A stretch of DNA of 64,000 bases from an uncultured Planctomycetota bacterium (GCA_964354375.1 CAYGZQ010000013.1:10087-74086); one strand, 5' to 3'; shown: positions 29,982 through 40,447, counted from the stretch's first letter. Notes: generated by a model from the sequence alone, not told the origin. Numbers and translations are program-made.

Positions 29982-31157
29982 ATGAGATACATCTCCGTTG
30001 TCGCGATTCTGGCCGCGCTGCTGGTTGGCTGCGCCCGCGCTGGCGATGTCGTCTCCCCATCGACTCGCAATGACCTCGGGCAGACCCCTGCGGCTGAGAA
30101 TCAAGGCCCATACCGTCTGTGGGGCGAGTGGACATGGTATATAAATGCCGACCATACGCGGGTTGATGTCGTACCCAATCGCTACGGGAGATTCCATCTG
30201 AACACGCTCAAGTTCCTCGAGAGCTACTGCACTGATTGTCTTGAAATCACGAACATTCACAATAACGGGGACGGGACGATCGATCTCGGTGTGAAAATCA
30301 CGCACCCATTCGACAATCTGCCGCAGTACACGGGTTTCGATGTCAAGGGGATCGTGATGTTCAATGCTTCGCATGAGGTCCCGTGGGAAAGTGAGCTGAT
30401 ATTCCCGCAACAGAATCCCGTTTGGGTGAGTTGGCGAGTCAAGGGCGACCCCGAGGTGCTGAACGCGGACGGGTATACTCCGAGATGGAGTCCGTGGTGG
30501 GAGACGGGCTCGGACCTTCCGATGTTCAATTACTGGCCCGGGAAATACTCGAAGGGCACACCGACCGGAGTGGTGAACGCTTTTCTGAATTTCTACACGG
30601 ATGAGGAAAGGCACATGTTTCGGGTGAACAAGTCGGTGGAAAGAGTGTATCACATCTGGCTTCCGGGGGGACCTGTTGTGGCGGGTTACGCGGTAGAGGC
30701 CTGCTGGGAGCCGCCATTAGTAAGCCCGGTGACCGATCCCGCGAGTGATTTCCCGATCTCCGCGAACCAGCCCGAGCCGTATTACTTCCGCTATGTCGTG
30801 AACGGCGGGAATATAATAACCGAGGCTCCCTGCTGCGGGAAGCCTGATGACTGCAGCACGCTATGGATAGAGAGTCATACGTGGATTGACTTCGGGAAGT
30901 GGCACGGATTCGGGAGGCTTCCCGGCTGGGCGAAGTATATCAGCTACGATGTAGGCATCGACTACATGTGCCCCGCGGAGTCGCCGGCGCCGAAACCCGA
31001 CTCATATGGGCCTTGGCCCATGTTAGAGGTATTCACAGACGCATTCCCGGATGGTACGTACCGTGGAGTTGCATGCCTTTATCCTTACCCTCAAGGCATA
31101 TACTGGACCGATACCGTCGCTTACGATGTTTTCGATTTCACAATAAACCTCGAATGA
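29982..31157 (+). CDS. P6: short family lipoprotein (conserved N-domain + small C-domain)
   Basis: GGAGG before ATG 29982, lipobox LVG-C. Motifs LWGEW, VVPNR, CTDC, HPF, GFDVKG, NADGYT, DFPISAN. No DWQ segment. Confidence 0.8.
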   Translation: MRYISVVAILAALLVGCARAGDVVSPSTRNDLGQTPAAENQGPYRLWGEWTWYINADHTRVDVVPNRYGRFHLNTLKFLESYCTDCLEITNIHNNGDGTIDLGVKITHPFDNLPQYTGFDVKGIVMFNASHEVPWESELIFPQQNPVWVSWRVKGDPEVLNADGYTPRWSPWWETGSDLPMFNYWPGKYSKGTPTGVVNAFLNFYTDEERHMFRVNKSVERVYHIWLPGGPVVAGYAVEACWEPPLVSPVTDPASDFPISANQPEPYYFRYVVNGGNIITEAPCCGKPDDCSTLWIESHTWIDFGKWHGFGRLPGWAKYISYDVGIDYMCPAESPAPKPDSYGPWPMLEVFTDAFPDGTYRGVACLYPYPQGIYWTDTVAYDVFDFTINLE

Positions 31158-31175
31158 GGAGAACGGAGGAAGCAG

Positions 31176-32954
31176 ATGAGAACAATCAGATTGGTTGCGG
31201 GGGCGATTGTCGCCCTCATGTGCGCAGCAGTTTGGGCGTCCGGATGTTCACGCGCAACTGGTCCGCTTGTGCCTGAAGCAGAAAGAGGGGGAGCTGGTTT
31301 CATCAACTCGGTTCCATTGTTCGAACCTGAGGATGCCGTCGATGATCTCGGGTTAGAGTCCGCTGGGGGGTTCCATGAGATCGCTCTTGGAACCCTTGCG
31401 CGATCCGCACTGGGAGCGGGAACTCCCGGAGAGCAGTATACATTCAATTCCTATGGAACAGCCGCGGTAAGCCTTCTGCGGCCTGACAGCGAGGATCCTC
31501 AGGCGCCGTTCAAGCCTGTGTTCAGATGGCTGCAGGGATCTCCTCAAGGGGACTTGGATCCAGGCACACCCACGGACATCGACTGGGTCACCGAAAGGGA
31601 TAATGACTCAAGCGGCAGCCATGTTGCAGAGTACAGATCAGTATCCTGTGATGCCATCTTAGCATGTTCCGAATACCCATTCTCTTATGATGTCGAGCTG
31701 GTTGTATGCTATGCGGTCAGGGGCATCCCTAAAGAGGAGGTCGACGACTTGCTCGGCGACGACTTTGGCGAGGGGGGCGAGTTTAACACCGACTGGGACA
31801 TCGGGCTCACTGTGCTTCGATGGGACGAAGAGAACGAGTTTCCCGACGCGGAACCCGCACGGACGGATTTCCTGATTCCGGACGGAGACTGGGGCGGTCT
31901 TGCCGAGAGCCAGTATCCGGATTACGACCCGGATGTAGCTTACGATCATTTCTCGGGTAATCTCTATCTGGTCTGGTCGTCGGCCGAGACCCCTTATGGT
32001 CTGGACGAGCGAGTGTTGAAATATGTCGAGTTCACCCGCGAAGGAGACTTCCAGCTTGTGCCCAGGTGGGAATATGACTACAGATGGGACGATGGATGGC
32101 CGCGAGATGTCCAGACAGACACCAGCCACAACGGCTACGACGCTAGCATAGACATTGGATATCTGGATTTCTTCCACTACCCGAATATTTGGACTCAGAA
32201 CAGTCTTTGGGTGGTTGTCGCGTACACTTCGCAGTTCCAGGGCGAACACACCGGTTTTCATGTGATGGCAGGGGGCTGGCAGGTCGACCACTGGGGAGAC
32301 AGGGTTTTCATGCCCGTCCGAATCAAAGAGAACGGAGATTATGTCAAGCGTGATGCAGGCCTGCCGTGTGTTGACATCACCCCCAATGAGAACGATCGCA
32401 ATTTCGCCGCCCTGGTGTTTGCGCAGGACACCGGGATCGACGGATATGGCCCAGTGATGAGCGTCTACGAGGCCGACCTGTTTGGGCTGGGGACAATTCT
32501 CTCCACGGAAACCAACACCGATGCGTTCACCGTTGTCCCCTGCCCGGAAGAGTACCCCGGTGACGGGCTTTTCCCGGCAATCGCACTGCATAAGGAGACA
32601 GGGACCCAGGGGCCGTTTCGCGCGAGCATCACATTCATGGCTCAGGCACCGCAGTCCGACGAGCTCAAAGCAGCCGTCATTCGCCTGGCTATCACCCCTC
32701 AGGTGAATCAGTTTCCGCCATATCTGACGGCCGATCATGAATTCGTCTGGGGGCCGGAGATTGTCCCCGGAGCACTGAGTAACATCAGCGGCAACTACAA
32801 CTTCTCCCAGATTCCGTTTCTGGACCCGGGGATTTCAACGTCCGTTGTCATCGAGCCGAGCGGCCACCGGTACTGGGCTGCGTGGTGCGAGCGAATCGAA
32901 ATGGAGCCACCTCCCGTGAATGTCTGCGGCACTTTCGGCTACACGGCGGAATGA
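31176..32954 (+). CDS. Lipoprotein, predicted beta-propeller with P-x-I/V...V-V-W-type blades
   Basis: Lipobox ASG-C. Repeats such as PDVAYD..LYLVWS, PCVDIT..ALVFAQ and PAIALH..SITFM. Confidence 0.6.
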   Translation: MRTIRLVAGAIVALMCAAVWASGCSRATGPLVPEAERGGAGFINSVPLFEPEDAVDDLGLESAGGFHEIALGTLARSALGAGTPGEQYTFNSYGTAAVSLLRPDSEDPQAPFKPVFRWLQGSPQGDLDPGTPTDIDWVTERDNDSSGSHVAEYRSVSCDAILACSEYPFSYDVELVVCYAVRGIPKEEVDDLLGDDFGEGGEFNTDWDIGLTVLRWDEENEFPDAEPARTDFLIPDGDWGGLAESQYPDYDPDVAYDHFSGNLYLVWSSAETPYGLDERVLKYVEFTREGDFQLVPRWEYDYRWDDGWPRDVQTDTSHNGYDASIDIGYLDFFHYPNIWTQNSLWVVVAYTSQFQGEHTGFHVMAGGWQVDHWGDRVFMPVRIKENGDYVKRDAGLPCVDITPNENDRNFAALVFAQDTGIDGYGPVMSVYEADLFGLGTILSTETNTDAFTVVPCPEEYPGDGLFPAIALHKETGTQGPFRASITFMAQAPQSDELKAAVIRLAITPQVNQFPPYLTADHEFVWGPEIVPGALSNISGNYNFSQIPFLDPGISTSVVIEPSGHRYWAAWCERIEMEPPPVNVCGTFGYTAE

Positions 32955-32987
32955 TGCGGCCCCGAAAGCGAGCGGTCCTAAGGGCGG

Positions 32988-34277
32988 TTATCCCAGCTCG
33001 ACCATTTGCCTGCGGCGGGTGCCGACGCCGAGGAGTGTTATCGGGACGCCCACGGCTCTGCTGATGAAGTCCAGGTAGTTCTGGAGGGCCTCGGGGAGCA
33101 CGTCGCCGGTGGCCAGAGTGCTCGTGTCGATGAGCCAGCCGGGGAGGGATTTGTAGACAGGTTTGAGCCTGGCGAGGAGCGCAGGGCCGGTCGGGAGGCG
33201 GGTGGTTATCTCGCCGTCGATTTCGTACGCTACGGCGACCCGTATCTCGGGGATATCGTCAAGAACATCCACCTTGGTGAAGGCGATGTTGGTGAGGCCG
33301 TTGATGATGGCGGAGTAACGAAGGAGGACGAGGTCGAGCCAGCCCACGCGCCTGGGACGTCCGGTCGCCGTCCCGTACTCGCTTCCCCGGTCGCGTATCT
33401 GCACCCCGAGCTCGTCCTTGAGCTCGGTGGGGAAGGGGCCCTCGCCGACCCTCGAGATATACGCCTTGACCACGCCATAGACACTGTCGATTCGATTCGG
33501 CGCCAGGCCGGTTCCGAGACACATCCCGCCCGTCACCGGATGCGAGCTCGTGAGAAACGGGTACTGGATGCCGTAGTCGATGTCCAGAAGCGTGCCCTGG
33601 GCCCCCTCGAACAGGATTGTCTTGCCGCTTTCGAGGCCCGTGATGACCGCGTCCACAGCATCCCCGACGTACTGAACCAGTTTGCCTCCGGCCTCCAGGT
33701 ATTCGTCGGCCACTTTCCCCGGATCCAGGGGCTCGACCTTGTAGAGGCCGGTAAGAAGGACATTCTTTTCCTCGCAGACATAGGCGACCCGCTCGCGAAA
33801 GGTCCTGGGATCGGTCAGATCGGCGACTCTCAGGCCGCTTCTCGACATCTTGTCGGCGAAGACCGGACCGATGCCTCGTTTCGTGGTGCCGATGATCCCC
33901 CTGGAGTCTCGCGACTGCCGGCGATTCTCCTCAAGCTCGTCGATCAGCATGTGCCAGGGCATAATGAGGTGGGCGTTGTGGCTTATGAGCAGGTTGGTGC
34001 ACGGGATTCCCCTGGCTTTGAGGCCATCGATCTCATCCAGGAGTCGTACGGGATTCAGAGCCATTCCGCTCGCGATGATGCTGGTTTTTTCGGGATGGAG
34101 GATGCCGCAGGGAATATGGTAAAGGCGAAAAACCTCCTCCTCCACCGTCACCGTGTGACCGGCGTTGTTGCCTCCCTGGCTTCGTACGACAATGTCGGCA
34201 TCCCGGGCGAGGAAATCGACTACCTTGCCCTTCCCTTCATCGCCCCATTGGGTTCCGACAACTGCAGTGGTCGGCAT
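32988..34277 (-). CDS. purA: Adenylosuccinate synthetase
   Basis: GTQWGDEGKGK, QGGNNAGHT, GTTKRGIGP, EGAQG and EYGTATGRPRRVGWLD. ATG 34277 follows AAGGAG. Confidence 0.98.
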   Translation of the reverse strand: MPTTAVVGTQWGDEGKGKVVDFLARDADIVVRSQGGNNAGHTVTVEEEVFRLYHIPCGILHPEKTSIIASGMALNPVRLLDEIDGLKARGIPCTNLLISHNAHLIMPWHMLIDELEENRRQSRDSRGIIGTTKRGIGPVFADKMSRSGLRVADLTDPRTFRERVAYVCEEKNVLLTGLYKVEPLDPGKVADEYLEAGGKLVQYVGDAVDAVITGLESGKTILFEGAQGTLLDIDYGIQYPFLTSSHPVTGGMCLGTGLAPNRIDSVYGVVKAYISRVGEGPFPTELKDELGVQIRDRGSEYGTATGRPRRVGWLDLVLLRYSAIINGLTNIAFTKVDVLDDIPEIRVAVAYEIDGEITTRLPTGPALLARLKPVYKSLPGWLIDTSTLATGDVLPEALQNYLDFISRAVGVPITLLGVGTRRRQMVELG

Positions 34278-34358
34278 CAGCAAGCTCCTTCCAGCAAAAG
34301 CGGGGAGTAAGCACCAAGAGATGAAGTGTACGTGCGACTCGAGCGCGCGTCAAGCCCC

Positions 34359-34433
34359 GTTGCATGCGTGTCCCGCGAATGGTTCTTCGGGGTTGCGCCG
34401 GAGTATGAACCATGCGCCGGAGGCGCATGCTAC
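34359..34433. repeat. Inverted REP doublet (left arm degenerate)
   Basis: GTTGCATGCGTGTCCCGCGAATGGTTCTT ... GAACCATGCGCCGGAGGCGCATGCTAC, located between the divergent purA and lemA. Confidence 0.7.
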
Positions 34434-34530
34434 GCATGTAAGAATCAGGCGCTTCAGGCGCGTGCCACATGCGGTCGACTTGTGATATACTCCGGCGCAT
34501 TAGCAGGGCATTGAAACAGCGAGAAACGGA

Positions 34531-35103
34531 GTGGACAACGTGGGAGGATTCGCGGCAGTCATAGTATTGATCGTAGCGCTTGTGGTGCTGATCTTCTGGT
34601 TCGTCGGCATCTATAACCGTCTGGTTGGCCTGAGGAACCGGGTGGACACCCAGTGGGCGCAGATCGATGTGGAGCTGAAGCGTCGGTACGACCTGATTCC
34701 GAACCTGGTGGAGACGGTAAAGGGATACGCGGCGCACGAGCGCCAGACGCTCCAGAACGTCATTGAGGCGAGGCAGGTGGCGATAGACGCGAAGACGGTG
34801 GATGAGCAGGGCGCTGCAGAGAATGTTCTGACACGGGCGCTCAGAAGCATATTCGCGCTCGCGGAAGCCTATCCGGACCTCAAAGCCAACCAGAATTTCC
34901 TTCAGTTGCAGGGCCAGTTGTCCGAAATAGAAGGAGTGATAGCAAGGGCCAGGGCGGCGTTTAACGAGTCGGTGCTTCAGTACAACAACACGGTCCAGAT
35001 GTTCCCATCGAATGTTGTGGCGGGGATGAGCGGATTCGGGCTGAGGGAGTTCTTTGAGGTCACCGATCCTGAGGTGCGAGAAGTTCCGAAAGTCCAGTTT
35101 TGA
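34531..35103 (+). CDS. lemA: LemA family protein
   Basis: N-terminal TM, then YNRLV, QIDVELKRRYDLIPNLVETVKGYAAHE, AEAYPDLKANQNFLQLQ and FPSN. Confidence 0.95.
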   Translation: MDNVGGFAAVIVLIVALVVLIFWFVGIYNRLVGLRNRVDTQWAQIDVELKRRYDLIPNLVETVKGYAAHERQTLQNVIEARQVAIDAKTVDEQGAAENVLTRALRSIFALAEAYPDLKANQNFLQLQGQLSEIEGVIARARAAFNESVLQYNNTVQMFPSNVVAGMSGFGLREFFEVTDPEVREVPKVQF

Positions 35104-35227
35104 CAGGCGGAATTGCGGTGGTATAATTCCCGCCTGGAGGCTGAATCAGAAGGCGGGAAAAGAGACGCAGGCCCAGAGAGATCACAACCCAAGGGGTTCC
35201 ATAGCAGACCCGGAAAGGAAGTGAGAC

Positions 35228-35830
35228 GTGGAACGGGATCAATTCGACCTTTTTCTAGAGCGGTGTGCGCGGGAAGTGGACCTCGGCGCCGAATTCGGCA
35301 AGGAGGGCGCGAAGGAGATATCGGAAGGGATCTGTCCGACGTGCTTCAGCTCGGTTGCCAAGGGAAGCCGCCATTGTTCGCATTGCGGGGAGTTTCAGTC
35401 GATCCCCGAAGGCGTGTCATGCACCTTCAAACCGAAGACGATCATAAAGCGGCACCTCGCGGTGACTCTCCTGTCGATTGAGGGCGGCGTGGAGATCGAC
35501 GGGCGCACATACACGCGGGCGCATCTGAAAATCCAGAATCTGTCGCCGAAACGCGTGCATATCTCGCTCACCTACGTGGACAGCGTGCTCGTGGACGTGA
35601 CAGGGAGGCAGTACTCGCCCGTGGATGCCGACGAGTTCAATGAGGATCCTGGCGAGAAGCTCTTCCCGACCTGGTTTTACATCTATCCGGATGCGTACCG
35701 CGACGGGGTTCTTCTGTTCCGCGAGAGCCCGGTGCAACTGCAGAAGGCGATAGTCTGCGCCATGCACCAGGAGAATGAAGACGAGTTGTTTGTGTTCGAT
35801 CTGAACGTCTCGCCGAAGATGCCCGAATAG
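35228..35830 (+). CDS. Hypothetical protein: zinc-ribbon (CPTC/CSHC) + beta-sandwich-like domain
   Basis: GGAAG RBS before GTG, CxxC-x10-CxxC, coding-like composition. Confidence 0.65.
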   Translation: MERDQFDLFLERCAREVDLGAEFGKEGAKEISEGICPTCFSSVAKGSRHCSHCGEFQSIPEGVSCTFKPKTIIKRHLAVTLLSIEGGVEIDGRTYTRAHLKIQNLSPKRVHISLTYVDSVLVDVTGRQYSPVDADEFNEDPGEKLFPTWFYIYPDAYRDGVLLFRESPVQLQKAIVCAMHQENEDELFVFDLNVSPKMPE

Positions 35831-35856
35831 CCCCGGATCGGCCGTTCCCGAACTGG

Positions 35857-35950
35857 AAAAAGTGCCGCCTTGACCGGCGGCTTTTCTGTTTTCCCCTCTC
35901 CGCCCGCACAAAAAAAAGCCGTCTCGAGGAACACCTCAAGACGGCCTTGA
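35857..35950. terminator. Terminators of convergent genes
   Basis: AAAAGTGCCGCC-TTGACC-GGCGGCTTTT (+ strand). On the - strand, GCCGTCT-loop-AGACGGC followed by T8. Confidence 0.65.
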
Positions 35951-35969
35951 CTGCTTCTGATTGGGCCCG

Positions 35970-36161
35970 TTAGTTACCGACGGGCGAGATATCCTGTCGT
36001 TGTACCTCGACGCCCTGGTCAATGACCTGGCCCTGAAGTCGTATGGCCTGGTCACTGACTGAAACGGACGGGCTCTTAGCCAGGGTGGCCACTCCCCAGG
36101 TCAGGAGACCGGCGAGGACCAGCAGTAGAAGAACCTTTTTGATGATCTTGGACATCGTCAT
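35970..36161 (-). CDS. Small secreted/membrane-anchored protein (63 aa) downstream of P7
   Basis: GGAAAGGAG RBS, KIIKK plus hydrophobic signal, 12 nt after the P7 stop and followed by a terminator. Confidence 0.6.
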   Translation of the reverse strand: MTMSKIIKKVLLLLVLAGLLTWGVATLAKSPSVSVSDQAIRLQGQVIDQGVEVQRQDISPVGN

Positions 36162-36173
36162 GTCTCCTTTCCA

Positions 36174-38972
36174 CTAAGGCGTATAGTTGAACACTGTGGC
36201 CTCAATAGTCCCGCCGTTATCGGCGATGACGTGAATGGTGAAGTTGTAGCCGTCCACGTCCAGCGCCAGCGGAGTCCCGTCGATGGGATCCGTGGTGTCG
36301 ATGGTTGTGAGCTCCAAACCCGTTTCGGCGGTCCAGTCGACCTCATATACGCGGACGACATACTGAGTACCTGTATCGAAGAGGACGGCGCACCAGTTCC
36401 AGCCCTGCTCCCAGTCCTGCTCGTACAGGTAGGTGATCGTGGGCAGCATCTCGAGGTCCACCGCCAAGGCGCCTTCAACGTACAGCTCATCGGTGGTGAA
36501 GATCTTGAGCGAGTTGCCCAGCCCGATATAGTAGAACTGACCGCCTGCCCAGTCGACCTGATAGCCGCTGCCGTAGAAGTTCCCCAGGCTGTCCAGCATG
36601 TAGGTCATCACGGCAAGGCCCTCGAGGTCTGAGCTGAAAGTGAGGTAGCTGTCGGTATCGGCAGCCATGCGGCACTTGCCCGGATCGTTGACATCGAATG
36701 CCTGGAACAGAGGTGGATCGAGGTCCGTGGTGTACTCGGGGAACGGGAGCCTGTAGATGCCACCGGTGAGGAACGGGTACTGCCAGAAACCGATCTGCAG
36801 GTCGCCGAGTTCCTCGGGAAGGGGCTCAGGAGCGCCGGCCTCATGAGAGTAGCACATGAGCCATGTCAGGGAATCCTGCTGGTCGTCGCCCTGCCAGCCC
36901 GGCAAACCGCCCGAAACGTCGCACGTGTGGAACCACGGCACCGCGTCGGGATCGTCGCCCGGAGGATCCCCTTCGCCCTGATCGCCCCACATTACCGTGA
37001 AGAGATCGCCCGCAACAGCCGTCTCATCGTCCTTGAGGTAGCTTATGTACCAGATGGCGGTGAGGGGGTCGTTTACCACGGGCGGGTCCATCTGCATGGT
37101 ATTGGCGGAGCAACCGGCGATGACTATGCCGTTCGAGCTCACGTCATGTCGGTTGAACGGTGCGAAGTTGAAGTTGAACCCTGACGGATATGCGTTGCCG
37201 CCCGGTCCGGACCAGTCGAGCAGATAATCGTAGAATAGCGGGGACCCGTCTGTGACTCCCCCCTCCTGGTCGACCATCCATGCGCCCTCTCCGCCGGCAT
37301 CGTCATTCCGGATGCCGAGATCCGGAGAGACTGTGCTCTGGTTGGGGGCGGGGCTGTTGACAGGCATCTGGGTCTTGCCGGGAACGGGGTTCCAGCCCTG
37401 CTCCGCAGAAGCGGAGATCGTGAAGTCGTTGTCGGATGCATCCTGTGCGAGAGGTGACGGAGCGGCATCCGTAATCCGCACCTTGGCGGTCGTGGTCGGA
37501 GTATCCGGGACCGGGTCCCAGATGAAGCTTCCGTCGCTGGGTGTCGTAGGGACGATCACGTTCGGGTAAGTGGCGCCGCTGTCCGTGGAGTACTCGATCA
37601 CGACGTCGGTTATCAAATACGAGGTCCACTTGATCTCGTATGTTGTACCGATGATCGCAGTCTCTCCGCCGTTCGGGTCGGTAACAATGATGGACGGGAC
37701 TGGGTTGCCCGAGGGGAGAATACCTGCTCCGAAGAGCTGGTATGCGGCCAGGGGCTGGCTCGGATAGAGAAAACCGGGCAACGGAGGCTCGTAAGTCGTT
37801 GGATCAGCGCTCACAACCGTGATGAACAGCTCCTGGTCCTCCTGGGACGTGGGCGTCACATTGCTCAGAGTCCCGGAATAGATAACCGAATTCGGACTGG
37901 AGCCTCCACCCTGGGTCCAGGTTGCCTTGATTTCAACTTTGTCGCCCTGGTTGCTGAGGAGAGTCGGACTCTCAAGCCAGATTTCCGAGATCTCGTTCGC
38001 CGCGTTGCCGTCGGCTTGCCAGTCCCAGATCTCGATGCTGAGAATCAGGTCGCCCCCGAAAGTCTGATCATCGTTATCGTAGAACGCGGTCGATGCCGGA
38101 TCCTGCGTGACGACGATCTGGTAGGCTTCCTGCTGGTTCGCTGTAGCCGGGAACTGGCTGACATTGGTCGGCGGACTGGTGGTTGGAGTATCCCAACTGG
38201 CAGAGATGGAATACTTGAACTTGAAAGGTTTCGGAGTGCCCTGCGGGAACTGCAGGAGCATCTGTCGGGTGACTGAGCCGCTGGCGAAACTCCCGCGACT
38301 CACGTCGGTCGGATTCGGCGGAACCTGCGTGGCGGGTATGCCCGTCGCGAAGTACTTGTAGCCGTTGACGGTGGCGAAGTTCAAGGTGAAGTTCTTGGGC
38401 GCGAGAGCGCCTTCGGTGTATCCGAAGATTTTCTCAAATGGCCCGAACTCATCGCGGTTCCACCATCTCGTGTACCCGTCGGCGTTGACCAGCCTGAGCT
38501 CACTAGGGGTCGCATAGCGCACCGTCGTGTCGTTCTTGCCGGTCGTGCTGCCGCCCCCGATGATAATGACCCGAACGTCGAATCCCCAGTAGTCGGTACC
38601 CGGGAAGGGGTGGCTGATTGTCGTGTCGACATCGACATACGCGTTGGGGATGTCGCAGTTGGGCAGGTCGAAGGCAACCTGCAGGTTCGCAAGGCTGCCC
38701 GCGGGGGGCTGCATAAATTTCACGATGTTGAGAGTGAATTCGGCCGTTCGAAGTGGTACGACCGTCGTTTCGAGTCCCTCGGTGTCGAGGATTACCTCGC
38801 CTGATTCCCAGATGTAGCTGTTGCCTGCAGCAGAATGGTCCACGTTGGCCGTGAACTCACTGTCGCCGGTGCCGGGGGCGGTTGGGGTCTGTCCCCCGCC
38901 TCCCGAGCAGCCACACACCAGGGCTAAGATGACGAGGTAGATGAGAATCGAGGTCCTATGGGGAAAGACCAT
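36174..38972 (-). CDS. P7: large lipoprotein, conserved N-domain + Kre9/GPI-anchored-type Ig domain + unassigned C-domain
   Basis: GGAGG RBS, lipobox VCG-C. Motifs VVPLR, HPFPG, GFDV, NADGYTRWW, DWQ, then TDPNGGE...YEIKWTS...IEYSTDSG Ig module. Confidence 0.8.
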   Translation of the reverse strand: MVFPHRTSILIYLVILALVCGCSGGGGQTPTAPGTGDSEFTANVDHSAAGNSYIWESGEVILDTEGLETTVVPLRTAEFTLNIVKFMQPPAGSLANLQVAFDLPNCDIPNAYVDVDTTISHPFPGTDYWGFDVRVIIIGGGSTTGKNDTTVRYATPSELRLVNADGYTRWWNRDEFGPFEKIFGYTEGALAPKNFTLNFATVNGYKYFATGIPATQVPPNPTDVSRGSFASGSVTRQMLLQFPQGTPKPFKFKYSISASWDTPTTSPPTNVSQFPATANQQEAYQIVVTQDPASTAFYDNDDQTFGGDLILSIEIWDWQADGNAANEISEIWLESPTLLSNQGDKVEIKATWTQGGGSSPNSVIYSGTLSNVTPTSQEDQELFITVVSADPTTYEPPLPGFLYPSQPLAAYQLFGAGILPSGNPVPSIIVTDPNGGETAIIGTTYEIKWTSYLITDVVIEYSTDSGATYPNVIVPTTPSDGSFIWDPVPDTPTTTAKVRITDAAPSPLAQDASDNDFTISASAEQGWNPVPGKTQMPVNSPAPNQSTVSPDLGIRNDDAGGEGAWMVDQEGGVTDGSPLFYDYLLDWSGPGGNAYPSGFNFNFAPFNRHDVSSNGIVIAGCSANTMQMDPPVVNDPLTAIWYISYLKDDETAVAGDLFTVMWGDQGEGDPPGDDPDAVPWFHTCDVSGGLPGWQGDDQQDSLTWLMCYSHEAGAPEPLPEELGDLQIGFWQYPFLTGGIYRLPFPEYTTDLDPPLFQAFDVNDPGKCRMAADTDSYLTFSSDLEGLAVMTYMLDSLGNFYGSGYQVDWAGGQFYYIGLGNSLKIFTTDELYVEGALAVDLEMLPTITYLYEQDWEQGWNWCAVLFDTGTQYVVRVYEVDWTAETGLELTTIDTTDPIDGTPLALDVDGYNFTIHVIADNGGTIEATVFNYTP

Positions 38973-39449
38973 CTCAAACCTCCTGGTTCGAATTTGTTTT
39001 TTTCGCCGCCCTCAGGACGGCAAGATATGCGATTTAGGGCGCCCATGTCAACATCTGAGGACCGTAATCCTGATGCCGCGAGGTCAAGTGACTTTGAGCC
39101 CCGCGCGAGAGTCCGACCGGAATGGTAAGCTCGCATGCAATGCTGACCGTTGAGCAGGTCTAATCGCTGATATCGAAGGATATCATTTTTTGCGGTCTCC
39201 TGTCAATGGAGCCGGGGGATGGGAACTCCGGTGAAGCTCTTTGTGGGCTGATTCTTAACTATGGTGACCTATCCCGCAACGGTCGATCGAGGGGGCGGCT
39301 CGGAATCGCTAATTGCGCCCCGGCAGCACCAGACTCATGCGACGGAGCGCCGCAGGTACTTCCGGGTGACCATGGCGAGATGCTATATTCGGGATATTGC
39401 CCGTGACGCTCAAGGCGTGTATACTTCATTGCACTTGGTGATGGACCGT

Positions 39450-39524
39450 GCCGAAGTAGCTCAGTGGTAGAGCAGCTGATTCGTAATCAGCTGGTCAGGG
39501 GTTCGACTCCCCTCTTCGGCTCCA
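39450..39524 (+). tRNA. tRNA-Thr(CGT)
   Basis: GCCGAAG/CTTCGGC acceptor stem, D-loop AGTGGTA, anticodon arm GCTGA-TTCGTAA-TCAGC, TTCGA T-loop, encoded CCA. Confidence 0.97.
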
Positions 39525-39595
39525 GATGAAAGGATTCCGGCGCCGTCGGCGCCGGTTCGAGTTTTGAGACGTAGTTGACGCGGTCGCGCTGGGTC

Positions 39596-40447
39596 ATGTC
39601 GAATGCGGAACGCAACGAAAGCAGGGCTCATCCCCCGGCAAGCCTGGAGGATTGGCTCCAGTTGCCTGAAAAGGCCGATGTGACGCAGGAGGATGGCGGG
39701 CCCGCTGAGACGGGCGATACGCCGGCAGAAGCCGGGTTCCCGGGTCCGGACGCTTCGGGAAATCCGCAGGAGCGTGCTGAGGCCGCGGATGCCGTTACGA
39801 TCCCGCTTTTTTCCCCTATCGACGCAGTGAGTGATGGCAATCGGGAGAGTCCGGAGGCGCCGGAAGAGGTCAGGGACACCGAACAAGAGCCGGATGGAGC
39901 AGGCGATGAGAACGCCGAAGAAATCGAGAGGCTGGAGAATATACTCGTCACCGAATTCAGTGATACATTAGCCGGCCCGGGCGCAGCGACACTTCCCCTC
40001 GGAATCGGATTACTTGTAACGGCAGTACTGACGTGGTTCCTGGGACCGATTCTTGGGTTCCTGCGCGGCTCCGGGATTTCGGGCGGTTATGCGGATTTGT
40101 CGAAAATTATCGGAGTCGTGCTGGCCCTTGCCGGTGTCCACCTGGTTTTCTACTGGACGATTCACCGTGTTTCAAATGCGGTGAAATCGAGGGAGCTCGA
40201 CAGGCTGCTCGAGGAGCGTCGGACCAGGTATCCCTGCAAGTACCTTGACTGCGGGGAAATGACGAAATCGGACGACCCGGTGGACAAGGTCGAAAACGCT
40301 GAAATGGATGTGCCGAGGGACGATGACCTTGCCTGGCAGTGCAGTCTGTTCAGCTTGAGTTTGGAGGGAAATCCGCTATGCGCCGTGTGCGACCGATATG
40401 AAAGGCCGGCGCTTTCGGTGGAGCGGGAAGAATACGTGGATGGTTGA
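39596..40447 (+). CDS. Hypothetical membrane protein: acidic disordered N-terminus, 2 TM, Cys-rich C-terminus
   Basis: Two hydrophobic segments, C-terminal CKYLDC...WQC...CAVC. Start uncertain (39575 TTG or 39596 ATG). Confidence 0.65.
   Translation: MSNAERNESRAHPPASLEDWLQLPEKADVTQEDGGPAETGDTPAEAGFPGPDASGNPQERAEAADAVTIPLFSPIDAVSDGNRESPEAPEEVRDTEQEPDGAGDENAEEIERLENILVTEFSDTLAGPGAATLPLGIGLLVTAVLTWFLGPILGFLRGSGISGGYADLSKIIGVVLALAGVHLVFYWTIHRVSNAVKSRELDRLLEERRTRYPCKYLDCGEMTKSDDPVDKVENAEMDVPRDDDLAWQCSLFSLSLEGNPLCAVCDRYERPALSVEREEYVDG

Noticed and set aside
38973-39449. Intergenic region between P7 and tRNA-Thr as an ncRNA or small CDS
   Set aside because: The short ORFs lack RBS or motif support and I saw no convincing structure.
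39450-39524. tRNA-Thr as the attachment site of an integrated island carrying P7
   Set aside because: I saw no duplicated tRNA 3' end and no integrase in the window. I did not run an exhaustive search.
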